A DNA stretch of 64,000 bases from a virus. The number at the start of each line of letters is the position of its first letter. Position 1 is the stretch's first letter. Shown here piece after piece: positions 57,001-60,972 of this stretch. A model generated the notes under the pieces. The model was not told the origin of the DNA. It ran no database searches and worked only from the letters and a program-made list of their open reading frames with translations. The stretch is from positions 29,786 through 93,785 of the IMG/VR virus record IMGVR_UViG_3300047470_000343, one strand, 5' to 3'. A program made the translations under genes and the position numbers.

Positions 57001-57602
57001 CGCGGGGCGGGCAGAGGGTCGCCGTCGTTGTCGTTGATGTGCGACATGGCGCGGCCCTGCGGGACGAGCGGCTGATCGTCGTCGTTCTCCGGGTCGTCGG
57101 GGCCGGCGCCGAGATCCTGGCCCTCGATGTCCTCGCCGATCGGCTGGTCCTGGTCGTCGCGCTCGTGGACGGTGTCCGGGGTCAGGCCGTTGTCGCCGCG
57201 GTCGTTCGCGCCGTGGTTCTTCTCGGGGTCGTCGTCCGTCTCCGGGTCGTGCGGAGCGTGGCCACCGCCGCGGGTCTCGTCGCCGAAGCGCCGTTCGTCC
57301 TCGTCGCGGACCTTGGACTTGCTCTTGGTCGGCGCCGTGCCGTCCGGGCGGCTGACCATGGTCAGCCGCGAAGCGTTGATGCGTGACTGCTGGTGGGTGG
57401 CCAGGTTCTCCACGAGCACGTCACGGCCGCCGAGCGCGCGCAGCACGCGGGCCATGCCGCCGCCCCACATGCGGGCGATGCCGCCCGTCTCAACGAAACG
57501 GCCCTTGGAATCGCGGGGGTGCAGATCCGCGTTCCAGGTGCGGCGCAGCCTCTTGGTTTCGAGGCTGGCGAGGAGGCGGTCTACGGCGCTGGTGATCGGC
57601 AT
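33093..57602 (-). CDS. Giant polyvalent protein (~8,169 aa): DarB-like N6-adenine MTase + SNF2 helicase, UvrD-like SF1 helicase, many SH3/KOW-like repeats
   Basis: HPRDSKGRF N-terminal motif; LEPGSGVG and GNVPF; HEVGAGKT, VDEAH, GTGTNVQ, PWRPAD..QR.GR; ALAGTGKS, DEAQD, VGDSNQAIYGFRGA, LTQSFRFG, TAHKSKGLE, YVAVTRA; leaderless ATG 57602. Confidence 0.93.
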   Translation of the reverse strand: MPITSAVDRLLASLETKRLRRTWNADLHPRDSKGRFVETGGIARMWGGGMARVLRALGGRDVLVENLATHQQSRINASRLTMVSRPDGTAPTKSKSKVRDEDERRFGDETRGGGHAPHDPETDDDPEKNHGANDRGDNGLTPDTVHERDDQDQPIGEDIEGQDLGAGPDDPENDDDQPLVPQGRAMSHINDNDGDPLPAPRRGNLATPRFSDLLPMDNYQGETEHARHLMGNGDALRARGPKVGDHFNQFWDTSHARRAVRDLSEEYFGDLEGVWPANWHNTEADELYDNLADVGTGFDVRDDKKNQLDPDDVERLSWLADDADKLSELAHDDGQDEVARYAANLRDALNLAHERFTSHGEEPIPAPSKKRPKIQPLVPRAWRPAPPSESSGPRGKLFKNLDELQKYWQKGNLEPYTTNKATQERHQRETAALFAKLDKPQLSRGGRFVIAKMTVEKDGQRKSGYAVIVSGSGVRLAMSDRKGEAVDFANRLEAAQLDGKPFDWDSPGYHQRLESPKGQEMVRQASVDAKKVFADKAAKKREGATAKRTPAPPTPAPAAPTAPVVAAASNTGTAEPYHRPAGGQSEYDKVREHWKQLVSQAPPSSARDNLEAAANKHSGAVAGDIAFVHNHGSDYRNGPDSVELRDVETGRPLPFALFRSDGAAITFLRHTVDPEMVNPDGSWKYPAGPERDRKWIELIAAIGNGHEGPLMDRRKSLRARAAQKWLDEQAATPKPDAPAAPTERPNPLVQAAQSIADTSGIPRQNIAVGHIGPKNDDDSTGGFHKPGNTSELREYWKNGGDPAFDEHRKNMLRAIAANPKWKVTAADHFGFAIVQRGPEEFDVVRAYDGRDIGYTGGAGKGFKSWRDASMFALAVGREVEEPSRPGQEVDWWDPELFRRNPNRVNSWRKDFGQRMDDVRGQWDIDHGDADSYIAKDYAKRQAEQKQPAPAPQNAPEASADGDFPAVGDEVNSPDGVGDVMGVNKDSGSVLVRAERGTRVHPVGDIMRPDGTPYAGKPTQTDAPNPDAPEQNAPQPAPEQATPEKRDWSQEPRKSLDAEYERAVKDWADGDYDDDPEKSARSQAEAEAILAAAQKQDEQAYAQQLARVSLGTPNDNGSIPVTIDGEQGHTSALRGSTGRWKWSRLGYGTRYTSKKSFLTQEAAVADLVREQDKEQADKNRAAADKQAKQDERDLAHMASETAMKQHVLAALREASNQMFPAINDIRELHGEQAARDLAVQAADVLDQYERGELTPSDAISKFRAALDAVQRATRGMDARRNIHVQSLLRTARENVDIALKALADHTQRSNDGGVRGSRSNVLEDVPAQRGGSDADERGAGGVRPGAVGGDRGGDRGSDGRVAAASGGGDGRRGSGQRAEVREDASSGTGAARDGVRDGEGAGHGDEGHAAGGDSGSVAFGTPEQQATAPSFEPPASGETLAPSSPLNRAKANIAAIEILHRLEAENRPATPDEQTELARYSGWGAVPHLFKPRPEGQFAPLAEKLRQLLTDKEWADANDNVLNAHYTDPQIVQQVWAAVEGLGFDGGMVLEPGSGVGNFIGYAPDGAEMTGVEVDPITARIAKALYPHSEVRHESFGDTRAPNGTFDMAIGNVPFGRYKVPDLVHNKGGHSIHNHFILKSLDLTRAGGLVSVITSALTMDGHGKRAESARMEMAEKGELVAAIRLPSGAHQRTAGTPVMTDLLIFKRRDKDKTFTSGRARNGEVKRPSERSQNDPPMWVHSLPTYALPGQTPPKSDVPSEGDEPPVFYNSYFHDHPEQVLGKLAVGSGQHNDHELRADGDGNLLANLDRALKRSVAAAKDMGLGYQAAPENRRKVVLLPPGSARVDGHVQAEPDGTFTQVRDRMVHPFTVPKNQVDEARKLLAVRDTFQSLLAEESRKDADESLIERLRAGLNEQYEAYAAKYGAINRFTWTHRTVTNAETGEQEKKAYRKRAPRGGLFAKDPTMANISPLDEYDDNTKQTTRAAVFTKRQGKFREIAQHADDPQDALAIVMDQDGRLTADGMARVMNTDPEDAVARLLAVRSVDPDTGVEYPLAFRAPDGKLVMAADYLSGNVREKLAEARQAAVDDPQFDLHVEQLERVVPADLSTGEIAAPIGASWIGREPVEQFLRETLGTDQIKVSWQGGALWAVDLPKSARKAMAYRTKDTWSAPGYDAVNIVEAILTNKKIRVTQTVNGKSEYDSKGTEDAEAKAELLREEFTDWLWRDPDRGEKYKRLYNDNFNAMAPRSYDGQRRTIPGLVEWFKPHPHQHAAVARMVNEPSVLLAHEVGAGKTAEMAMGVMELRRLGLVNKAAIVVPGHMLEQFRHEFAELFPESVANNRILTASSDDLAGKGRREFIARAAAGDYDAIILTQTAFESIQMRPEVQEAYITRRLERLREKIFKQQALDGAENDTRLVKRMQNQLKNLEEKLDRKLSGLKDAAGLNFEDMGIDYLVVDEAHMFKNLATPSSIAAIEGANRASDLEMKLEWLRQRSNTGRVVTFATATPVANSIAEVHTMMRYLRPDLLEQLGLMDFDDFASTFAQMVSAVERGADGTFSEKVRLAAFQNVPELLRLWRSFADVKTSEDLDLPVPEVAGGKAVTITMPMSEAQEAYEQQIKARAARLSGGNVDPKEDNYLKLLTDGRLSALDPRLIDPDAGPGNKLPTVADNVTRIYEQTKDAVYPTDPKNDPAPHATPGGLQIVFLDLGTPKDPGKTRKRRKKATSEDADTGDQAAAATDDGNDDETYTDFSTYDELKKLLVARGIPSEKIRFIHEAKDDAAKARLFHEARTGKISVLLGSTAKMGTGTNVQLRAVALHHVDAPWRPADVDQRNGRIIRQGNANEEVAIFQYATERSTDAKFWEAIARKAKFIRQLMRGSLNERVVEDIGKITFDADEASALTAGDPHLIAQAQIKPIVKRLRARFNAHQRSQEGFKRAIRDAEFYAGQAAKYVAALEDAKAKRKPTRGADFNARIGTTDFEGKEGRDEARSALNTTARAILVGGRQGMYNANTPPKVIGQIGGLDVTAKYERVWNTYQGRTEHAVTIDVPAISGSSKTYEEHELVDIDDKPQMLPLMRIEDALASIEGKIAREEGFLSDKQRAAEQATARVGKKFDLTDEYDTANRQLEILNEIMRLKAQPAGGEEDAKRREGQIKALDAELHELMGEQEDVLSQVAARDVNLSPKTPAPPAVTQDDKGQVKFVWPTDEARKAVRDKKLAAKREAFLARVERQQAAPAQSDALTMNESELTGETERLGELIANDEASEADVMRHAGLQREQQRRAKNRSASEPSSKPSGQGGTTMLDPKQVRNDLAQISPDTEPTASDDTGPQPAQKPEQPWQASDFKRGDVIRSSDFDDAREDELRSSIVLDPDYAPGELLVHLPDVDMRDVVAYDEVYRNDGQSTDPNHRDLIEGRTQQLGKDDSSDWGDPEDSPDPNEEFFQNFGSTLITDPADTKPAAEDTPKPEETPAAAAPTSGIPGTGPKPPTPRNTPPKEERPRPARKQADTVRPFANEREWRAGIAGVEGAQGQVTTAAEATWGREIPAPARSLRDNVFQAIAAQESGDTDDTASALGAAHEDAQRLRNRLTESDRQGMAEPLDNFLRVTDDYLARHAVTVEKRRREDAQRDRIEREAQEQFRRSLTGTPAPAPETPAEEPTTNETEPPAAPNQPAAASGPTPAPSAADDGEVGSLFTANKADNSAALGSLRARYEEQFGGQARGRVAQLSDELFTFLDQQWGEAAGDVFGPASETALHLADALHDQEMTPEERSGRFGVQVGAVQRELRARRDRLSQPEREEQPAPEPVPAPAAGTGTGGSAPQRQRTAPSDARPVPATPPADMEGGQIGEEIDTLDEQIEPLKDATDSVDLAYRLRLEQRRFELEEEERRRWKPTVERDEDGKVIPRKRGDVIRDRLAGYGLNDAEATGLVHRVEDLPAAKAGGYSDEDWARIDAAAAANESYPPTEEQGIIIDGAARRGLNMAVMALAGTGKSSTLKMLSHRMPGKKIVYLAFNRSVANEAREAQARGEYAKNLTASTANGYAAKVADKRLNNRLPNHKKGGFKKLSAQQIADRMRWYDTVKAGNRDLAPGGAATVAELMIKTWAKSADAEMGPQHITGAKTAQEARDLFNAVKPLADRMWANLSDPTKGDADEDLPMDFDYIVKMWAVGGFKIDADTLFWDEAQDVNPVMEGVVRAAIDQGVQVVAVGDSNQAIYGFRGASDALSKLPVDARATLTQSFRFGPAVANVGNRFLRLLGTRMRLKGFDRKDSRLGNIKPGDETMVIARTNAGVALAAVEGLAAGRTIAVSGGVKDLQEFVTAARTLAKGERTSHAELARFNGKSYEDILEEVNSDPELQQLKSLFALLEKHSDEIDKLMESGAQAAETENVGGRVWVTLDWNDPKVDQLKRWLGDGKTNGVGKLLYDRESRRYYYEPGKRTESFTKNGRTINYQVDNKLSLEDAKAKIDAHLAKLYPQEDTGGGRLVDEKKPHDLLVTTAHKSKGLESERVRIADDFRGPEYDDNGHIKWDTVPEDEDLRVAYVAVTRATDVLDSGSLGWVFEAVNDDDPTQPPTGEYRRDWVLDDFKPGDRINFQEEDGTGRVGEVARLDGPGLIARYDVDGQQREQYISTAQVQRRNGQDRPQLPVASEDELNQAVAEGRYPSAGGDAPVKLDAGQVRNDLAALKTPEAAPKAPADDIIAGNEEPPGPDATPYEVERYRRRFDIAYKVGYYVDYRNHDGQTVTARVVGTHGNPILRDSSGNEFQANPDWYADHFIAVRADDGSALPRPAWADTLPEGFRAVSPDEIQPGHVIRLGSSGDPLWGSRFVMSAKTDADGHTSLYTAVLNTQGGGGTGYDPRQLVTLDETEESRQAAEEALRRSDVKESAKLRGITLPKELPASTIAKPDREAPESSTAPEWNNGDWVVTPNGEGRVILAEDGKVVVLDGGGAPRTYEPRQLSMPGETRTAEHDAPTSQETARAEKRQQDLESAQSPEGLGLFYGARLANLDLEEGRGQVLDEDGNAVGWIRRRGTVWHGQDARGGQTAGGTAQSDSDPLYGPREAAQAVDSNRRDSGMRVALKDTAWRHLRPEEGSDIVQYSELSDVQREEFFKLVKDWEKSSDPELSEAAKHWGQGGLNYQQMNRLAQEAAATADSVDASTPEGRRRQAVLRRLADKIRAQASRAWHSWQTMPPPGEPDVPRDVDAPDWVPYGHRETSEAGTPVKLDAAQVRQELTDLNGGDSSPAANGDQGEAGSETEAGGETISPDQARLNDYVRVEVSDTVDRIRVHEGYLLANPRKGKGHRPRHGDYDAWILYLGTGPNQSPGRGNQVDIPADQKIQRLPAPEAPALGPVDMESVKPGQYIRVTVPDADGSEVTREGYVVSSSARRDGPRRDDPVMSWTVHIADTPHAAYEQDDVIEVPAGHEVERMAPPGPVPELEIPDVPGLDLSQYTRDDQESVDEYRKWAGVWANPAPDGPRNALLDRVKNMPGPAYMPLSPKGAPQWIGSAGDAFPLDQFDENARHLLAQYDGDQRDFLAGHAASMREATQRLAGEFRAASREIMLPRIATRSGLKDAAEKLNARWAEDSEQIRQVVPDQIAAAVVDADRHGLTEQQVKDFLVGVAGGDDPEQKANGLTGAFPEVRRSLISARDDVTSYYAGFHAWRGQDDDQSFAGYHHYNARRSALGAEYVPVADPRTGSGQLIVGEAELPDGMRWTRLQNLKPGDLYRPARGWFRNENRFDGLGAVHRVINLHADGKEGRTRTTSLSTGSHTEHPGDWVVHLTAPEPALRKKANAAVRDQWVQREIEEDDRKWEAAQAISRRPEGEAADVASLKEGERLRVRGSSEFLGGIYVAEGDLLQPPERAQMWRNGTQVDGWRLAVSTRGHAGDDIYVADGESDEWAERLSPKSNTAAPDDAPNPEATDTTAGVAPDAAPKSDAPGTGDPNTDAPETDKPQTDESQTDEPGTDEPNTDESENDNNDEERDRRRRRRNGLGNGVPSGGGGGGLPGGPGMGLPNFPDGSTPSTGSGRDRGDGSGRTPTGTRQADNANPAAELPDEYAALRQRYDGDMVPASEIEVGDWVHIVGADQIYNEPEHLVGRVLHTRQFNGGVRIEVESRDPLKGGDAVQRESASLYDGELAERLPEGNPGREDTSDLKRRMETWEERASASRVPAPEGWQAVDGSRIQPRIGDRFRIVSRRDGKNTQHMNVVVDRSADWQGDGYWGVKNQPRRFHPRDIVAIPEGADVQYRDYVPEPGESTPQRPERTPSVPDISDEPRAEIVNPDEPQRGDRVRVETQNTAGNKVTREGFLLAPAREVTATRDGERLKAWRLHLSDNPDAKPNVRNGVTILRDDKVARLPDTDAPAAGGADVPREGVATPVGGQDGASSSNSPSAGGSDAPGAGDGQGAAPAGDAPAPTSQYGINAAHSTGQAGSVDGRRIPTHKELEQYETGENRIISEEGERALFGSPERMQELAAQGFTPSPKLVSDHGREEVWRNGRLIGSLRAPHTVGFYMTPPEERWEGEMPLGTYFHPGTFSTRDAAIAHLVLRDMEQGAPDLSIVHPDIAWDFERLNPGNAFPPEKEGLRGLETLNDNPADMERYGAIRAMVDTLGRGETISGNVADDLDHLHDELRWLDATHYTYQPADLKHTHILGPGWLADEIREYLDVLRPEDPRAMHHETSKARAAKQFLTTLVDQGGMGRAESVPVTDLREGDIVHLNGRITDRYPGATSDRTGYVVGEPRPASITINKKRQKALRITVADSQARGHDLSGHTFVIPIGDNAQRLMSADDVNVPVDQYKYGRQVGETPEVTPQRATDASANTPAPAKDRPAPEANTPAPAPAEDRPAPEAETSAPAPAEERPAPAQAPASPQSPAADSPQQTADDTAEPERPAVPEPVGGRPAEWVKVSDINVGDVVRIDGITKGGTARTLAGYVTDGPTQVPTVRARRVQDMVRVLIAETPDGSTKRESVWVHPDATAARATRESGDESTTVQTGADSDVLTGRIADRVATDGGGNGLFPGSVVTDDDGREGVVVGANAAGVRVQFGDDRTDDAHEPSTLNVIDGGAARPSGWTSDGHRVEVGNWVSDRDGNMLGTVEELDGDTATVATTEGMKPMPVTDLRVIGDTADNGQDGEQGAPRREEPITSREPAPPVEPVTGPTVDPELAPEERDAVADRGTAPGDAPDAQQGAARIARDLPVTPGQASAVAEGLRQNADSSTAEGRAAKRAADRLDQAAGQTGASDDGGMTTEARYLSTGDVIVAPVNGEPSRLLIVEGIRSADGKTVDLLLANADGRFIRQSVSARAPFQPLPYDGSFEGGGVTDQADRRIAKATELKPGDHLVFGTGHNGSDWFTRKVQSVDVGDKEVTVEIEGVAGGPPSTKTFQILAGVLPESATVMDRERPAAAWFAANLGRLTGETPSTPAPDTGSAPAGRPEPGTVGSVGVGDTIALPDETNPDEMASYRVTDVQDAPGGVRVLTVEDGNGQRSERTMAAGDPLYQLPEPQVPADDDDEARDPNAGLDTAAFTADYGDWVARAVVDAAVEGTQTPGSIHQLREQIAANITAGALRSAMRRLRQDAVAVVDGSGITGDERERLLAELRRTAMSSRADAVQAAVQTLNDLEPLDGESPEDTAARAADLLRLIPESMRNRPETDEPDVDTNAGTTDADGDLGETTGDTEPETGEGSRVDDEVQGHVDGALGEALRDADTGPLTPERRAEIVARLAQRMADSRDGAAQRIAAQLPEGERPGVLARIKAALAQIARRIMELVAAFLKAIAAAVAYPFKAINRFRKALVRRVRSWPETRRLRRIAAAARSLPRHGDGMSLADQVAHWARLLPAPGHFGQVSRRRRWYRPATRSSLAAGQLPGVQDGTGWTMDRAADRGPGRYALRHLAAVRAAGTDVDADVVARLMAAAPELGDDPHGTVRHARRYQDRAEARVRNLRAVAAGQGAPDLGPEIAAAQVEAQHARQEADRLHQAYTAALPGAVRDTLAQVREMGPGGRNRLTLSHNSDQAAARALADAAGYVPREWLADRTARFVTAVDGDAGSYDADSGTATVADLGDGGRGTAVNALVAHLQRSYPDLVAAQEVFGFTRTHTGRPGARRSALDALLERLFGGRAEDVTDDQIVARGLATMFSGDWYRDDDLRAFLLGLLATR
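53354..53671 (-). CDS. TnpV-like protein nested out of frame within the giant gene
   Basis: RBS GAGGAG 8 nt before GTG; GC3-rich codons; FWKTYRP...MRARERVLHEMVY. Confidence 0.7.
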   Translation of the reverse strand: MAYEDLVRTFWKTYRPSEVAAMPTNAALEEFARERSAEIVAAIEDLTDEWLPPLVAGTDVVDRANERKSVKMRARERVLHEMVYGMEKEPGTETKDMPPVEIPAL

Positions 57603-57609
57603 GCGGCGG

Positions 57610-57637
57610 ACCATGCACACCGGGGGTGGTTAGTGTC
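57610..57637 (-). promoter_or_regulatory. Conserved promoter-like motif for the giant gene
   Basis: GACACTAAC-13nt-CATGGT, 7 nt before ATG 57602. Confidence 0.75.
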
Positions 57638-57673
57638 GCGGGCTCGATTTCTGGCCCGTGGCCTGCGGCGGTG

Positions 57674-57889
57674 CTACATCGTCTCGTTCAAGATGTGGAG
57701 CAGGAACCAGCCGCTGAATCCCGTCCACCCGATGGTGAAGGCGGCTCTGCCGAGCTTCGAGGTCCGGACGTGGAAGAGCCGTCGGACGTTCTCGCTGAGG
57801 GTGTCGTCGTCCTGGCGGTTGATCAGCGCCCACGTCTCGTACAGGGCGAATACGGAGGTCCACGCAGACCAGACGAGCCAGCTTTTCAT
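57674..57889 (-). CDS. Small two-TM membrane protein
   Basis: WLVWSAWTSVFALYE...DTLSENVR...FSGWFLLHI; ATGA-coupled. Confidence 0.8.
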   Translation of the reverse strand: MKSWLVWSAWTSVFALYETWALINRQDDDTLSENVRRLFHVRTSKLGRAAFTIGWTGFSGWFLLHILNETM

Positions 57890-58515
57890 GATGTCGTCTC
57901 CATCGCTGAGGAGGGCAGGGGGCGGGGGCCGGTGCCGTCGTACGGGGCGGCGAGGCCGGCGTTCATCAGTGCGCGAATGAGGTCGTGGCCGTAGGGGGTC
58001 GCGATGGTGGCGAGGTAGCGGCCGTACTTCTCCCGGCGCTCGGTGTCGACGGTGAACGCGGGCCCGTGCTTGGCGACCCAGTCGCGGACCCAGTCGGCGG
58101 CGTGCTTCCCGGCGTCGGTGTTCTTCTCGGCGGTGTTGATGCCGAGGAGCCGGACGCGTTCGTAGGCGCGGAGTTCGAACCCGAGGTCGATGGCGAGGTC
58201 GAGGGTGTCTCCGTCGATGACGCGGGTGATGCTCGTGGTGTAGGTGTGCGGCGCCGGGGCGTCGGTGAGGGTCGCGAGATAGCGGCCCTTGGCGTCGCGG
58301 GTGGTCTGGACGGTGAGCGCGCCTCCGCCGGCCTTCAGGTGCGCGCGGGCCCATGCGGCGGCCTTCTTCGGGTCGTCGGTGGCCGTGTCCGCCGTGGCGA
58401 TGGCGGCCAGGCGGACGCGTTGGGTCAGGTGCAGGTCGAACCCGAGGTCGATGTCGAGATCGAGGGCGCCCGCGCGGCCGAGGCTGAGGATGGTGGTGCG
58501 GTAGGTGTGCATCAC
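57886..58515 (-). CDS. Thermonuclease (SNase-fold) with a duplicated degenerate N-terminal copy
   Basis: RVIDGDT...DLGF...RVRLLGINTAE...EKYGRYLA in the C-terminal half. Confidence 0.88.
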   Translation of the reverse strand: MMHTYRTTILSLGRAGALDLDIDLGFDLHLTQRVRLAAIATADTATDDPKKAAAWARAHLKAGGGALTVQTTRDAKGRYLATLTDAPAPHTYTTSITRVIDGDTLDLAIDLGFELRAYERVRLLGINTAEKNTDAGKHAADWVRDWVAKHGPAFTVDTERREKYGRYLATIATPYGHDLIRALMNAGLAAPYDGTGPRPLPSSAMETTS

Positions 58516-60971
58516 AGGTCACCGCTTTCGGTGGTGCGGTAGCGCAAGCGGCACCGGCAGTTGATGGTCAGGTGGAGGGGGGCGAGCTGGTCTCCGGGGA
58601 AGCGCATGGCGAAGCCGCCCACGTCGAAGGGCTTGCCGACGGGCAGGGTGGTGCCGTCCGCGGCCTGGTGGGCGGCGCGTACGCGGTCGTCTCCGCGGGT
58701 GACCCAGGTCCGTTCGATGCCGGGGCCGATCGCCGTGGCGGTGGCTTCCGCGGTGCCGTTGACGGTGGCGACGGCCGCCATCTCGGCCATGCCGGATCCG
58801 GTCTGTGCTGCTTGGTCGCCGAACGCGGTGCGTACGAGCGCGACCAGGTCGTCGATGTCGTCGGTGACGTCCTGCGCCTGAGTGAGGAGCGTGGCCACGC
58901 CGTCCAGGAAGCCGCGGGCGATGTCCTCCGCGGCTGCCACGGCGTCGAGGACGGCCGCGGTGATGCGCTGCGAGGCCTCCGGCGGCACATGCGGTGCGCC
59001 GAACGCGTCGGCGGTGCGCTGCGCGGTGGAGGACGCGACCCGGGCGAGGACCCGGGCGAGGGTGCCGGTGACTTCTTCGAGCCACCGGTCGGTGCCGACG
59101 ACCCGGGCCACGTCGAGTGCCGTGTCGCCGCCGCGCCGGTCCTCGGGGCCGGTCGGCTTCCAGAACTTGGTGCCCTTGCGGGCCTTGGGGGAGCGCAGGC
59201 GTGCGGTGACGACGCCTTCCTGCCGGGCGAAGAGGGATTCCAGCGCGAGCGCTACCGCTTCCTGTGCCCGGTCGTAGTCGTCGTCTGTGACCTCGAACGA
59301 GGGCCTGTCGACGATCGTGAAGGGGAGCGCCTTGGTCTGGATGCCGCGGGCTTCGTCGACGGCGGCCGCGGCCGCGCCGGGCTCGATCGCCTCGGTCTGC
59401 CCCATGCGGGCTTCTGCGACTGCTGCGGCGGCCTCTCCCGGGCCGGCGGCCTGGTCCTGTCCGATGCGGGCGTCGGCGACGGCTGCGGCCGCCGCTCCGC
59501 CTTCGTCCAGTGGCGGGGTGCCGGCGGGCTGTCCGCCGTCGGCGCGGGCCTGCGCCACCGCGTCGGCCGCTGTGGCGTCCCCTTCGGGCTGCTGCGCAGG
59601 ATCGAGGGGGGCGTTGGGGCCGCCGGGCGGCATGCCGGGCATGCCTTGGGAGCCGTCGCCCTGGATGCCGAGCGCTGCGGCGTCGGAGGGGCGCAGCGGT
59701 ACGGGGGCCTTCTGGGGGGAGATCCACAGGGCGCGGGAGTGCGGGTTGTTGAAGGGGGTCATTCCGGCGCGGCGCCGGTACTCGTCGATGGAGATCAGGC
59801 CCTTGTCGAACTCCTCGCGCGCCTCTTGGCGGCGCCGTCGGCGGGGGAGTTCGAGGGCCTGGACGGTGGAGGTGTTGAAGCGGATCCCGAGATCCTGGTC
59901 GCCGAGGTCACCGGCGAATGCGTCTGAGATGAGCGCCAGGTGGCCGAGCTCGGTGTGGACCCAGAATCCGTATTCTTCCTGCTCGGCGTTGTCGAAGGTG
60001 CGGCCCGACGCGTTGCCGGTGACGGACTCGGGTACGCCGAACGCGCCCAGGATCTCGATCTTGGAGTTCATCGCGGCGTGCTCGTAGGCCATCTCGCGCG
60101 GCCGGGCGGCGAGATCGACGTAGTTCATGCCGCCGGGGCCCGCGCCGACCACGGACACGTGACCGGCGAACTCCGAGCCGGGCAGGAACCGGGCCTCAAG
60201 GCGGTCCATGTCCGAGTCGGTGAGGCTGCTCGTGTCGACGGCGACGATGCCACCGGGCCGGGCGTCGTTCTTGATGAAGGCGACGTTGTACAGGCGTGAC
60301 AGGTGGTCGAGTTCGATGCTGATGCCCGCTGCTTCGAGCGGGGTCTGTCCGGAGAACGGGTCGGTGGGGTGCGGTTCGCGGATCCAGCGGACGCGTTCGG
60401 GTTCGAGTTCGCGGACGTGTCCGAACAGGGTCGTGAACTCGAAGTGCTTGATGTACTCGCCCTTGTCGTCCGGGATGGGGATGACCCGGTCGGGCGGCAG
60501 GAGGTCGAGGCGGGTGATGGTGCCGCGGTTGGAGCGGGTCACCTCGACGAATGCGCCCCGTTTGGAAAGCAGGATCTGTGCGGAGAGCCGTTTGCGGAAC
60601 TGTGAGCCGCTCTCCATCGGGTTGGCCCGTGGCCCGTTCAGCAGTCGCAGGAGCGGATGGTCGTCGACGACTTCCTCGAACTCGCCGTCTTCGGTGAGGC
60701 CGCGCCCGATCTCCAGCGGGAGCCGGGCGGCGTGCTTGCCCATGGTGTCGATCGCCTTGTAGACCCAGACGACGCGCTCATAGCCTTCGGTGACGACGCG
60801 TCCGATGTCCCAGCCGTCGGCGCGGCCTTCGGTTCCCCACCTGTTGCTCGTACCGGCGTACGTGGTGGAGGTGTAGCCGCCCGTCCACGCGATCGTTTTC
60901 GATTCGGCGGGCTGTACGGCTTGGTTGGCGATCAGGTTGCGTAGAGCTGGCAGCCAGCGGCGTCGGGCCAT
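58512..60971 (-). CDS. Portal protein fused to a C-terminal MuF-like (minor head) domain
   Basis: HPLLRLL..PRANP, FSGQTPLEAA, NDARPGG, EILGAFGVPES; C-terminal TWVTRGDDRVR.AH...MRFPGD...INCRC. Confidence 0.92.
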   Translation of the reverse strand: MARRRWLPALRNLIANQAVQPAESKTIAWTGGYTSTTYAGTSNRWGTEGRADGWDIGRVVTEGYERVVWVYKAIDTMGKHAARLPLEIGRGLTEDGEFEEVVDDHPLLRLLNGPRANPMESGSQFRKRLSAQILLSKRGAFVEVTRSNRGTITRLDLLPPDRVIPIPDDKGEYIKHFEFTTLFGHVRELEPERVRWIREPHPTDPFSGQTPLEAAGISIELDHLSRLYNVAFIKNDARPGGIVAVDTSSLTDSDMDRLEARFLPGSEFAGHVSVVGAGPGGMNYVDLAARPREMAYEHAAMNSKIEILGAFGVPESVTGNASGRTFDNAEQEEYGFWVHTELGHLALISDAFAGDLGDQDLGIRFNTSTVQALELPRRRRRQEAREEFDKGLISIDEYRRRAGMTPFNNPHSRALWISPQKAPVPLRPSDAAALGIQGDGSQGMPGMPPGGPNAPLDPAQQPEGDATAADAVAQARADGGQPAGTPPLDEGGAAAAAVADARIGQDQAAGPGEAAAAVAEARMGQTEAIEPGAAAAAVDEARGIQTKALPFTIVDRPSFEVTDDDYDRAQEAVALALESLFARQEGVVTARLRSPKARKGTKFWKPTGPEDRRGGDTALDVARVVGTDRWLEEVTGTLARVLARVASSTAQRTADAFGAPHVPPEASQRITAAVLDAVAAAEDIARGFLDGVATLLTQAQDVTDDIDDLVALVRTAFGDQAAQTGSGMAEMAAVATVNGTAEATATAIGPGIERTWVTRGDDRVRAAHQAADGTTLPVGKPFDVGGFAMRFPGDQLAPLHLTINCRCRLRYRTTESGDL

Positions 60972-60972
60972 G

